Positions 8,383 to 17,215 of a stretch of 64,000 bases of DNA are shown here, piece after piece. Source of the DNA: Bacillota bacterium (GTDB lineage Bacteria > Bacillota > Clostridia > Peptostreptococcales > Anaerovoracaceae). A program made the translations under genes and the position numbers. The DNA is taken from contig JAGAHX010000009.1 in assembly GCA_017626845.1 (NCBI GenBank), forward strand, positions 33,425 through 97,424, in the 5' to 3' direction. Position 1 is the first letter of the stretch; the number at the start of each line of letters is the position of its first letter. The notes under the pieces are model-generated. The model had not been told where the DNA came from, did no database searches, and saw only the letters and a program-made list of their open reading frames with translations.

Positions 8383-9297
8383 ATGGACAGGAAGACCGTA
8401 AAATTATTGAGCCTTCTGCTCGCCGTGCTTTTAACGGCAGGAAGCTTCGCCGCCTGCACCCAGAGCAGTGAACCCGCAGAAGAACCCCAGACTGAAACGC
8501 AGGAAGAACCTTCGGAGACCAGCGATCAGATCGCATCGGAAGATGAAAAGATCGCCCGGGAAGACGTGGTGGAAGAGGGGATGATCCCCGTAGCCGCTGC
8601 GGACATCAAGGACGGCGTCTACGAAGTTCAGGTGGACAGCAGCTCCGGCATGTTCGTCGTAACGGGCTGCATCCTTACCGTGGAAAACGGCAGCATGACC
8701 GCCGACATCACCCTCAGCGGCGACGGATACCGCTATCTGTATCTGGGTACGCCGGAAGAGGCTGCATCCGCTCCCGAAAGCGATTATCTGATGCCGCAGA
8801 TCGACGAAAACGGCGTTCACCATTACACGTTTGCCGTGGATGCTCTGGACCAGGGCATCGACTGCGCCGCCTTCTCCGACAAGAAGGAAAAATGGTACGA
8901 CCGCATCCTCGTATTCCGCGCCTCTTCGCTTTCTCTCAGCGACTTCCGGGACGGTTTCATCAAGACGGCTTCCACGCTCGGTCTTGCGGACGGCGATTAC
9001 ACCTGTGAGGTAAGCCTGTCCGGCGGCAGCGGAAAGGCCAGCGTGGCTTCTCCCGCCAACCTGACGGTAAGAGGCGGCCGCGTGACCGCGGAGATCATCT
9101 GGAGCAGTGACAAGTACGACTATATGGTCGTCAACGGTGCGCATTATGATCCAATTTCCACCGAGAACGGCTCCACGTTCCTGATCCCTGTCGATGCCTT
9201 CGATTTCAGTCTGACGGTCATTGCCGACACCATCGCCATGAGCACGCCTCACGAGATCGAATACACGCTCAATTTCGATTCTTCCACGATCCAGTAA
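8383..9297 (+). CDS. Lipoprotein with two beta-rich repeat domains, family not recognised (paralog of 1691..2791)
   Basis: ATG 8383 is preceded by GGAAGAG. Signal and lipobox read LLAVLLTAGSFAAC. An acidic linker precedes two domains colinear with the 1691 protein. Confidence 0.75.
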   Translation: MDRKTVKLLSLLLAVLLTAGSFAACTQSSEPAEEPQTETQEEPSETSDQIASEDEKIAREDVVEEGMIPVAAADIKDGVYEVQVDSSSGMFVVTGCILTVENGSMTADITLSGDGYRYLYLGTPEEAASAPESDYLMPQIDENGVHHYTFAVDALDQGIDCAAFSDKKEKWYDRILVFRASSLSLSDFRDGFIKTASTLGLADGDYTCEVSLSGGSGKASVASPANLTVRGGRVTAEIIWSSDKYDYMVVNGAHYDPISTENGSTFLIPVDAFDFSLTVIADTIAMSTPHEIEYTLNFDSSTIQ

Positions 9298-10446
9298 ATG
9301 AAACACCTGAAACAAACAACGCTATGTCTTCTGCTGGCTGTCTGCCTTCTCATCCTGGCAGGCTGCGCGGCCGGCGGAGGATCTGCCGGGCAGCAGGACA
9401 CGCTGCCCGGTACGGACATTCCCAAGACGGATTCCATGGCTCTGGAATATGCGGATCAGTTTGCCGTCGATTATTACGAGGGCGGCTATAAGCTGCTCAC
9501 CGTAGTCCAGGGCGACCGGTACCTGCTGGTCCCGGAAGGGGCGGAGGTCCCTGCGGGACTGGACAGCAGCATCATCGTGCTGCAGGCGCCGGTGGAAAAA
9601 ATCTACATGGCCGCATCTTCCGTCATGTCCCTGTTCGACGCCATGGATGGACTGGACAGCATCCTGTTCTCCGCGACCCAGGCGAACGGTTGGTACGTAG
9701 AAAACGCGAAGAAGGCCATGGAAGAAGGGCGCATCTACTTTGCCGGCAAATACAGCGAACCGGATTACGAGGCGCTGCTGGAAGGGGAATGCGGACTTGC
9801 CATCGAGAATACGATGCTCCTCCACAGCCCGAAGGTGAAGGAGATGATCGAACAGCTGGGGATCCCCGTGCTTATCGAATACTCCAGCTACGAGAGCCAT
9901 CCGTTGGGGCGTACGGAATGGATCCGCTTCTTCGGCGCGCTGCTGGATAAGGAAGAGACCGCCAAGGCCTATTTCGACTCCCAGGTCGAGCGGGTAGCGG
10001 CGATCCAGTCCAACGAGAATACCGGCAAAAAACTGGGATTCTTCTACATCAGCCCCTCCGGCCGCGTGGTCGTCTACAGCGACAGCTGCTATGTCGCCAA
10101 GATGGTGGAGCTGGCCGGCGGCGAGTACCTGTTCCAAGGGGTCACCGACGAGGACAGCAGCCGCACCTCCGTCAACATCACCATGGAGGATTTCTACTCC
10201 TATGCGGTGGACGCCGACTATCTGATCTACAACGCCACCATCGACGATCCCGTCTATACGGTGGACCAGCTGCTGCAGAAGAGCGATCTTCTGGCGGAGC
10301 TGAAAGCGGTGCAGGACGGCCATGTCTGGTGCACGGGTAAATACATGTATCAGGCGTCGGACATCATCGGCGACCTTATCCTGGACATTCACCGGGTGCT
10401 TACGGATGACCCGGGCGAGATGTCCTTCATCTATCAGTTGCAGTAA
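9298..10446 (+). CDS. ABC importer substrate-binding lipoprotein (BtuF/FhuD-type)
   Basis: Lipobox LILAGC. 382 aa. Starts immediately after the upstream stop and is followed by a FecCD permease. Confidence 0.8.
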   Translation: MKHLKQTTLCLLLAVCLLILAGCAAGGGSAGQQDTLPGTDIPKTDSMALEYADQFAVDYYEGGYKLLTVVQGDRYLLVPEGAEVPAGLDSSIIVLQAPVEKIYMAASSVMSLFDAMDGLDSILFSATQANGWYVENAKKAMEEGRIYFAGKYSEPDYEALLEGECGLAIENTMLLHSPKVKEMIEQLGIPVLIEYSSYESHPLGRTEWIRFFGALLDKEETAKAYFDSQVERVAAIQSNENTGKKLGFFYISPSGRVVVYSDSCYVAKMVELAGGEYLFQGVTDEDSSRTSVNITMEDFYSYAVDADYLIYNATIDDPVYTVDQLLQKSDLLAELKAVQDGHVWCTGKYMYQASDIIGDLILDIHRVLTDDPGEMSFIYQLQ

Positions 10447-10456
10447 TGAGGATAGA

Positions 10457-11506
10457 ATGGGTAAAAGCAATCCGGAAAACGGTTACGATCTTTTAAAGCG
10501 CAGGCTTCGCTGCGAGACGGTTTTTGTGCTGCTCATCCTGGCATTCTGCGTCATTACCGTTCTGAATATCAACATCGGAAGCGTGCCGATCTCCGTAAAA
10601 GAGATCGCGCGCATTCTGTTTTTGCAGGAGGGTGACGCCACCCAGATGAACATCGTCTGGCGGATCCGTTTGCCCCGCATCATTACCGCTGCCGTGCTGG
10701 GCGGCGGTCTTTCTCTGTCCGGCTTCCTGCTGCAGACCTTCTTCAGCAATCCCATCGCCGGTCCTTTTGTGCTGGGCATCTCCTCCGGCGCAAAGTTGAC
10801 GGTCGCGCTCACCATGATCTATGCGCTGAGCTGGGCGGGTCATGTATCGTCCTTCCTGCTGGTGCTGGCGGCCTTCGTCGGCTCCATGCTCTCCACCGGA
10901 TTTATCCTGCTGGTATCTTCGAAACTGAAGAACATGTCGGCGCTGCTGGTGGCGGGCATCATGATCGGCTACATCTGCTCCGCCATTACGGATTTTGCCG
11001 TTACCTTTGCGGAAGAATCGGACATCATCAACCTGCGGAACTGGTCCCTGGGCAGCTTTTCCGGCATGAGCTGGGACAACGTAAAGATCGCCTGCATCAT
11101 CGTCGGCATTACCTCGGTCTGTGTGTTTTTCCTCTCGAAGCCCATCAACGCCTATCAGCTGGGGGAAAATTACGCCCGCAGCATGGGCGTCAACATCAAG
11201 ATGTTCCGCACGGCCCTCATCCTGCTCTCCAGCGTGCTGTCCGCCACGGTCACGGCTTTCGCGGGCCCCATCTCCTTCGTGGGCATCGCGGTGCCGCATC
11301 TCATCAAGCGCAGCCTGAACACGTCGAAGCCCATCGTCGTCATTCCGGCCTGCTTCCTGGGCGGTGCGGTGTTCTGCATGTTCTGCGACCTGGTGGCCCG
11401 GACGGCGTTTGCGCCTTCGGAACTCAACATTTCCACCGTAACGTCCATCTTCGGCGCGCCGGTCGTCATCGCCATGATGATCAAACGGCAGAAGGAGAAG
11501 CAGTAA
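10457..11506 (+). CDS. FecCD/BtuC-family ABC importer permease
   Basis: ATG 10457 (MGKSNPENG...) lies 10 nt after the upstream stop. FecCD motifs LPRIITAAVLGGGLSLSGFLLQ and ISFVGIAVPHLIKR are present. Confidence 0.9.
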   Translation: MGKSNPENGYDLLKRRLRCETVFVLLILAFCVITVLNINIGSVPISVKEIARILFLQEGDATQMNIVWRIRLPRIITAAVLGGGLSLSGFLLQTFFSNPIAGPFVLGISSGAKLTVALTMIYALSWAGHVSSFLLVLAAFVGSMLSTGFILLVSSKLKNMSALLVAGIMIGYICSAITDFAVTFAEESDIINLRNWSLGSFSGMSWDNVKIACIIVGITSVCVFFLSKPINAYQLGENYARSMGVNIKMFRTALILLSSVLSATVTAFAGPISFVGIAVPHLIKRSLNTSKPIVVIPACFLGGAVFCMFCDLVARTAFAPSELNISTVTSIFGAPVVIAMMIKRQKEKQ

Positions 11507-12631
11507 ATGGGTGAGCTGTATTTCAAGACAAAAGGCCTGACGGTCGGTTATAACGGAAAGCCGCTCATCCGGGACATCGAGTTCGGCGTGGAAAGAGGGG
11601 AGATCCTCACCCTCATCGGCCCCAACGGTTCCGGCAAATCCACGATCCTCAAATCCATCACGAAGCAGCTGAAGATCCTGGCGGGCACGGTCTATATCGC
11701 AGAGGACGATCTGAAGACCGTAAGCGCAAAGGAACTGGCGAAGAAGATGTCCGTCGTCCTGACGGAACGCATGAAACCGGAACTGATGAGCTGCCGGGAC
11801 ATCGTTGCAACGGGACGCTATCCCTATACGGGCAATCTGGGACTTCTGTCCGAAGAGGACGAAGCCATCGTGCAGCAGTCCATGGAGAGCGTCCACGTTC
11901 TGGACCTGCAGAACCGGGATTTCAACGCGATCTCCGACGGACAGCGGCAGCGCGTCCTGCTGGCCAGAGCGCTCTGCCAGCAGCCCGAGATCATTATTTT
12001 AGACGAACCCACGTCGTTCCTGGATATCCGCCACAAGCTGGAGTTGCTCTCCCTGCTGCGCAAACTTACGAAGGAGCGGGACATCGCCGTCATCATGTCC
12101 CTTCACGAGATCGATCTGGCCCAGAAGGTCTCTGATAAGGTGATCTGCGTGAAAGGTGAGATCATCGCGCGGTACGGCACACCTGCGGAAGTCTTTCAGG
12201 AAGAGACGATCCGGGAACTCTACGGCATCGAAAACGGCACTTACGATCCGCTCTTCGGCAGCATCGAGCTGGGCAGGCCCCAGGGCACGCCGGAGATCCT
12301 CGTACTGTCCAACGGCGGAAGCGGCATTCCGGTCTACCGGGATCTGCAGAAACAGGGAACGCCTTTTGCGGCAGCCATCCTGAGCACCAACGACATGGAC
12401 TACGCCGTCGCGCGGCACATGGCGACGGAGATCGTGACGGCAGCCCCGTTCCAGCCCATAACGGAAGAGGCGCTGGACCGCACCATGGCGCTGGTGAGAT
12501 CCTGCAAAGAAGTGATCGATGCGGGGGTCACCATCGGGCAGACCAATCAGGCCATGGAAGAGATCCTGGCGGAGGCGGAACGCCTCGGCAAACGGAAGAA
12601 GGTGAAACAGCATGACGTTCTTCCGGTATAA
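11507..12631 (+). CDS. ABC importer ATP-binding protein with an extra C-terminal domain of about 115 aa
   Basis: Walker A GPNGSGKST, signature ISDGQRQ, Walker B IILDEPT. 374 aa, against 252 aa for the paralog at 5380. Confidence 0.85.
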   Translation: MGELYFKTKGLTVGYNGKPLIRDIEFGVERGEILTLIGPNGSGKSTILKSITKQLKILAGTVYIAEDDLKTVSAKELAKKMSVVLTERMKPELMSCRDIVATGRYPYTGNLGLLSEEDEAIVQQSMESVHVLDLQNRDFNAISDGQRQRVLLARALCQQPEIIILDEPTSFLDIRHKLELLSLLRKLTKERDIAVIMSLHEIDLAQKVSDKVICVKGEIIARYGTPAEVFQEETIRELYGIENGTYDPLFGSIELGRPQGTPEILVLSNGGSGIPVYRDLQKQGTPFAAAILSTNDMDYAVARHMATEIVTAAPFQPITEEALDRTMALVRSCKEVIDAGVTIGQTNQAMEEILAEAERLGKRKKVKQHDVLPV

Positions 12632-13574
12632 TGCGATCGCCATGGCGGCGGGGCTCCTGCTGGACCTTCTGATCGGAGATCCGGAAAACTGGCCCCATCC
12701 CGTCATCTGGATCGGAAAATGGATCTCTTTCTGCGACCGCAAGATCCGGGCCAAGGCGGCAGGGGATAAGACGAAGCTGCGCCGGGGATCCGTCTGGATG
12801 ACCGCAAGCACCGTCCTTTTCTCCATGACTGTAACGGCAGCCGTGCTGCGGGTCGCCGCATTCGGAGGGACCTACGTGCTGCTTGGGCTCATGTCCATAA
12901 TTTCCTGGACTTGCCTCGCCTCCAAAAGCCTCGCAAAGGAAGCCCGCGGCGTGCAGAAGGCGCTGGAGCAGAGCCTGGAAAAGGGCAGAAAACAGGTGGG
13001 ACGCATCGTGGGAAGAGATACGGCGTCGCTTTCCGCGGAGGAGATCGTGGCGGCTACGGTGGAGACCGTGGCGGAGAACACGACCGACGGCATCATTTCA
13101 CCCCTGATCTATCTGTTTTTAGGCGGACCTGTGCTGGCCATGGGCTTTAAAGCCGCCAGCACCTTGGATTCCATGGAAGGCTATCTGGATGAAAAGTACC
13201 GGGACATCGGCTGGTCCGGAGCAAAACTGGACGACGTTCTGAACTATGTGCCGGCCCGCATCAGCGGTCATCTGATGTGCCTGGCGGCATTTCTGACCGG
13301 CACAGACGGCAGAAATGCTTATAAGATCCTAAAGCGGGACCACGCCAATCACCTGAGTCCCAACTGCGCCTGGACGGAGAGCGCAGCGGCAGGCGCCCTG
13401 CACGTGCAGCTGGGCGGCAGCCACGAATACTTCGGCAAGGTGATCGAAAAACCGACGATCGGAGATGCGGACCGTCCCATTCAGGCGGACGACATTCAAA
13501 AGACGAACCGGCTGATGTACGGCACCACGTTCCTGGCGGCAGGAGCGCTGACCGTCCTCGGCCTGATGTTATAA
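12612..13574 (+). CDS. cbiB: Adenosylcobinamide-phosphate synthase CbiB
   Basis: N-terminal LLLDLLIGDPENWPHPV is the CobD/CbiB family signature. Membrane protein of 320 aa. Confidence 0.85.
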   Translation: MTFFRYNAIAMAAGLLLDLLIGDPENWPHPVIWIGKWISFCDRKIRAKAAGDKTKLRRGSVWMTASTVLFSMTVTAAVLRVAAFGGTYVLLGLMSIISWTCLASKSLAKEARGVQKALEQSLEKGRKQVGRIVGRDTASLSAEEIVAATVETVAENTTDGIISPLIYLFLGGPVLAMGFKAASTLDSMEGYLDEKYRDIGWSGAKLDDVLNYVPARISGHLMCLAAFLTGTDGRNAYKILKRDHANHLSPNCAWTESAAAGALHVQLGGSHEYFGKVIEKPTIGDADRPIQADDIQKTNRLMYGTTFLAAGALTVLGLML

Positions 13575-13581
13575 ACTGCGT

Positions 13582-14646
13582 ATGGAAAAATTGAGAGAAG
13601 GGTTTACGACCGGAAGCTGCGCGGCGGCAGCAGCCCTGGCCTGCTGTCTGTGGCAGCGGGACGGAGCCTGTCCCGAGGCGGTGGAACTGGAAGTGCCCGG
13701 CGGAAAAGTATATAGACCGGAGATCCTGCCCCACGGGGACGGAAGCTGCGGCATCATCAAGGACAGCGGCGACGATCCGGACATTACGAACGGCATGGAG
13801 GTCATCGCAAAGGTGGAACTGTTCCCGGAGGATGGACCCATCTCGTTCTGTGCGGGAGAAGGCATCGGCATCATCACCCAGCCGGGACTGAAGATCCCGG
13901 TGGGAGAGCCTGCCATCAATCCGGTACCGCGTCAGATGATCGAAGGCGCGGTGCGCAGCGTGTTCGGGTCAAAAGGAGCCGTCGTGACCATCTCCATCCC
14001 CGGCGGCGCCGACATCGCAAAGAAGACCTTCAATCCCAGACTCGGCATCGAAGGCGGCCTGTCCGTGCTGGGGACCACCGGCATCCTCCGTCCTATGAGT
14101 CTGGAAGCCCTGCGGGATTCCCTGTACGTGGAACTCAAGATGCGGGCGGAGCAGGGGCATAAGGCGCTGGCGTTCACCTTCGGCAACCAGGGAGAATCGG
14201 CGCTGCAGACCATAGGCTGCAGGCTGCCGGTCGTTCAGGTAAGCAACGAGATCGGCTTTATGCTGGATTCCGCCAAGGAACTGGGGATCGAATATCTGCT
14301 GGTGAGCGGTCACCCGGGCAAGATGACGAAGATCGCGGCAGGCATTATGCAGACCCACAGCCATACGGCGGACGGCAGAAAAGAAGGGATCATTACGCAG
14401 CTGGCCCTGATGGGTGCACCGAAACAGCTTTGCGAGCAGGTGTACGGCTGCGTTACGACGGATTCCGCGGCGGAGTTCATCCACAAGGCCGGATACGACG
14501 GCGTGTGGGACCGCATCGCTGCGGCCGCGAAAGATTATATGACGTTCCGGGTTCGGGATGCGGTCCGGATCGAAGCGATGGTGACGGACTACGCCGGAAA
14601 CGTGATGGGAAAGTCCGCAGAGCATCCGGAAGGGTTGGAACTATGA
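13582..14646 (+). CDS. cbiD: Cobalt-precorrin-5B (C1)-methyltransferase CbiD
   Basis: N-terminal LREGFTTGSCAAAAA and GDDPDITNG motifs are typical of CbiD. 354 aa. Confidence 0.85.
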   Translation: MEKLREGFTTGSCAAAAALACCLWQRDGACPEAVELEVPGGKVYRPEILPHGDGSCGIIKDSGDDPDITNGMEVIAKVELFPEDGPISFCAGEGIGIITQPGLKIPVGEPAINPVPRQMIEGAVRSVFGSKGAVVTISIPGGADIAKKTFNPRLGIEGGLSVLGTTGILRPMSLEALRDSLYVELKMRAEQGHKALAFTFGNQGESALQTIGCRLPVVQVSNEIGFMLDSAKELGIEYLLVSGHPGKMTKIAAGIMQTHSHTADGRKEGIITQLALMGAPKQLCEQVYGCVTTDSAAEFIHKAGYDGVWDRIAAAAKDYMTFRVRDAVRIEAMVTDYAGNVMGKSAEHPEGLEL

Positions 14647-15701
14647 ATACCATAACACACGGAGGAAACGTCTGGCAGGGCAGCAGCCCCGGCGAATGGC
14701 TGGATTACTCCGCGAACATAAGACCGGACGGCGCGCCTGCATGGGTCAAAGAAGCCCTGCAGCAGGCGATGGACAATATCTCGTATTATCCGCCTGTGGA
14801 CATGCACCGGGCGAGAAAAGGCCTGGCGGAGTATCTGGAGCTTCCGGAGCAATTCGTGCAGCCGGCATCCGGCGGCGCCTCCGCCATCGAACTGGCCACC
14901 CGCTGCGGCATGAACCAGGTGCTGCTGTGTGCGCCCTGCTTCGGGGAATACAAAGGAGCGGCGCTCAAGGCGGGACTGCCGGTGGAGACCGTCGTCCTGC
15001 TCCGCAAAGACCGTAGCATCGCTTCCCCCGCGGAAGCCATCCGGGATACGCTGCAGGAACGGACCCTCATCTGGATCTGCAGTCCCATGAATCCCACGGG
15101 ACACACCTTCAGCAGGCAGGAGATCCTGGACCTGCTGGACCTGGCGAGGGAACACCGGAGCCGCGTCGCGCTGGATGAAGCCTTTATCGACTTCTGTCCC
15201 GGTGCCAGCAACCGCGATCTGATCAAGACCTGGCCGGAACTGATCGTGACCGGCTCCATGACGAAGATCCTCGGCATTCCCGGAGTCCGGCTCGGTTATC
15301 TGTGCAGCCAGGACGCTCTGCAGCTGGGCGGCAAATGCCTGCCCTGGGAGCTGAACTGCTTCGCGGAAGAAGTGGCGGCGCAGCTGCCGGCTCATAAGGA
15401 AGAGATGCTGGCGGATGCGGATGCCAGCCGTCTCCGCACTGAAAGCTTTACAAAGCAGCTGCAGGAACTGGGCCTTGCCGTTTATCCCTCGGCTTCCAAT
15501 TTCGTCCTGATCGACCTGGGCCGGGATGCAGAGCCCGTCATCGAAGCGCTCAAAGGAAAAAAGATCCTGGTGCGCCGCTGCATGGACTTTGCCGGGATCG
15601 ACGACGGACGCCATCTGCGGCTGGCCGTCAAAGACGAAGAATCGAATCAACTTTTTATCCATACACTGAAGGAGATCCTCACATGCGCGGAAAATCATTG
15701 A
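14643..15701 (+). CDS. cobD: L-threonine-O-3-phosphate decarboxylase (CobD-type class I/II aminotransferase fold)
   Basis: ATG 14643 overlaps the cbiD stop. HGGN near the N-terminus. The SMTKILGIPGVRLGY lysine motif, length and context fit CobD. Confidence 0.75.
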   Translation: MNTITHGGNVWQGSSPGEWLDYSANIRPDGAPAWVKEALQQAMDNISYYPPVDMHRARKGLAEYLELPEQFVQPASGGASAIELATRCGMNQVLLCAPCFGEYKGAALKAGLPVETVVLLRKDRSIASPAEAIRDTLQERTLIWICSPMNPTGHTFSRQEILDLLDLAREHRSRVALDEAFIDFCPGASNRDLIKTWPELIVTGSMTKILGIPGVRLGYLCSQDALQLGGKCLPWELNCFAEEVAAQLPAHKEEMLADADASRLRTESFTKQLQELGLAVYPSASNFVLIDLGRDAEPVIEALKGKKILVRRCMDFAGIDDGRHLRLAVKDEESNQLFIHTLKEILTCAENH

Positions 15702-17215
15702 TGTTTCAAGGAACCGGCTCCTCCGTGGGCAAATCCATGCTCTGCACGGCGGTGCTGCGCATCCTGCACCAGGACGGACTGAAGGTGGCGCCGTTCAAGG
15801 CCCAGAACATGGCCCTCAATTCCTTTGCCACCAGCGAAGGGCTGGAGATGGGCCGGGCTCAGGTGACCCAGGCAGAAGCGGCCTGCATCGAACCCTCCGT
15901 CAAGATGAACCCCATTCTGCTGAAGCCCACGTCGGACCGCAGGAGCCAGGTCGTGGTGGGCGGCAAGCCCATCGGCACGCTTACGGCCATGGAATACGAA
16001 GAATATAAGCCGCAGCTGCGCCAGTTCGTGAAAGACACTTACGATGAACTGGAGAGCAGCGTGGACGTGGTCGTCATCGAAGGGGCCGGGAGCCCTGCGG
16101 AGATCAACCTGCATGAAGGGGATCTCGTGAACATGGCCATGGCAAAAGCGGCCGATGCGCCGGTGCTGCTCATCGGCGACATCAATCCCGGCGGCGTTTT
16201 CGCATCCGTCTACGGCACCGTCAAACTGCTGCCCGAAGACGAGCAGAAGATGATCAAGGGCATCGTCATCAACAAGTTCCGCGGCGACGTCAAGATCCTG
16301 GAACCGGGTCTGGACATGCTGGAGGAACTGCTGGGGATCCCGGTTGTGGGGGTCATCCCCTATATGGACGTGGACATCGAAGACGAGGACTCCGTAACGG
16401 AGCGCTTCAACCGCCAGTACGGCGGGGAGGCGGTGCGCATCGCCGTGGTCCACATTCCGCACATCTCCAACTTTACGGACTTCAACATCCTGGAGAGCGA
16501 AGCGGACGTTTCCGTCAAATATGTAAAGAGCGCCTCCGAGATCAAGGACGCGGACATCGTCATCATCCCCGGAACGAAGAACACCATCGAAGACCTCAAC
16601 TGGATGAAGCAGCGCGGCATCGCCGACGAGATCGTGCGCTTCGCCCGCAAGGGCGGCATGGTCGTCGGCATCTGCGGCGGCTATCAGATGCTGGGCGAAC
16701 GGCTGTACGACCCGTACTATTCCGAATCCCGCATCCCCGAGATGGCGGGACTGGGCCTGCTGGACCTCACCTGCACCTTCGAAAACGAAAAGACCACGGT
16801 GCAGTCCCGGGGCGTCGTAAACAGCAAGGCCGGCTGGATGAGCGAGCTCAACGGCGTGCTGGTGGAAGGCTACGAGATCCACATGGGCGTCAACGATTAC
16901 GGTCCGGGCTGCGAACCCTTCCTGTTCCTCAACGGAAGAGAGCATCCCGACGGCGTATCCAATAAGGAAGGCAACGTGATGGGCACCTATCTGCACGGCC
17001 TGTTCGACACCGGCGCCTTCGGCAGAGCCCTCATCAACAAGGTGAAGAAGGATAAAGGCATCGCCGTATCTGACGAAGAGATCCTCACCATGGAGGAATT
17101 CCGCGAAAGAGAGCTCAACAAGGCGGCGGACATCGTCCGGGCCAACCTGGACATGGATGCGGTCTACGAGATCATCCGGGGCGGCGACGCTCCTTTAGGC
17201 AGGTGGAAGGAATGA
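15683..17215 (+). CDS. cbiP: Cobyric acid synthase CbiP/CobQ (alternative start at 15701)
   Basis: MFQGTGSSVGKS P-loop. The C-terminal glutamine amidotransferase domain has ICGGYQMLG and YLHGLF. Confidence 0.9.
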   Translation: MRGKSLMFQGTGSSVGKSMLCTAVLRILHQDGLKVAPFKAQNMALNSFATSEGLEMGRAQVTQAEAACIEPSVKMNPILLKPTSDRRSQVVVGGKPIGTLTAMEYEEYKPQLRQFVKDTYDELESSVDVVVIEGAGSPAEINLHEGDLVNMAMAKAADAPVLLIGDINPGGVFASVYGTVKLLPEDEQKMIKGIVINKFRGDVKILEPGLDMLEELLGIPVVGVIPYMDVDIEDEDSVTERFNRQYGGEAVRIAVVHIPHISNFTDFNILESEADVSVKYVKSASEIKDADIVIIPGTKNTIEDLNWMKQRGIADEIVRFARKGGMVVGICGGYQMLGERLYDPYYSESRIPEMAGLGLLDLTCTFENEKTTVQSRGVVNSKAGWMSELNGVLVEGYEIHMGVNDYGPGCEPFLFLNGREHPDGVSNKEGNVMGTYLHGLFDTGAFGRALINKVKKDKGIAVSDEEILTMEEFRERELNKAADIVRANLDMDAVYEIIRGGDAPLGRWKE

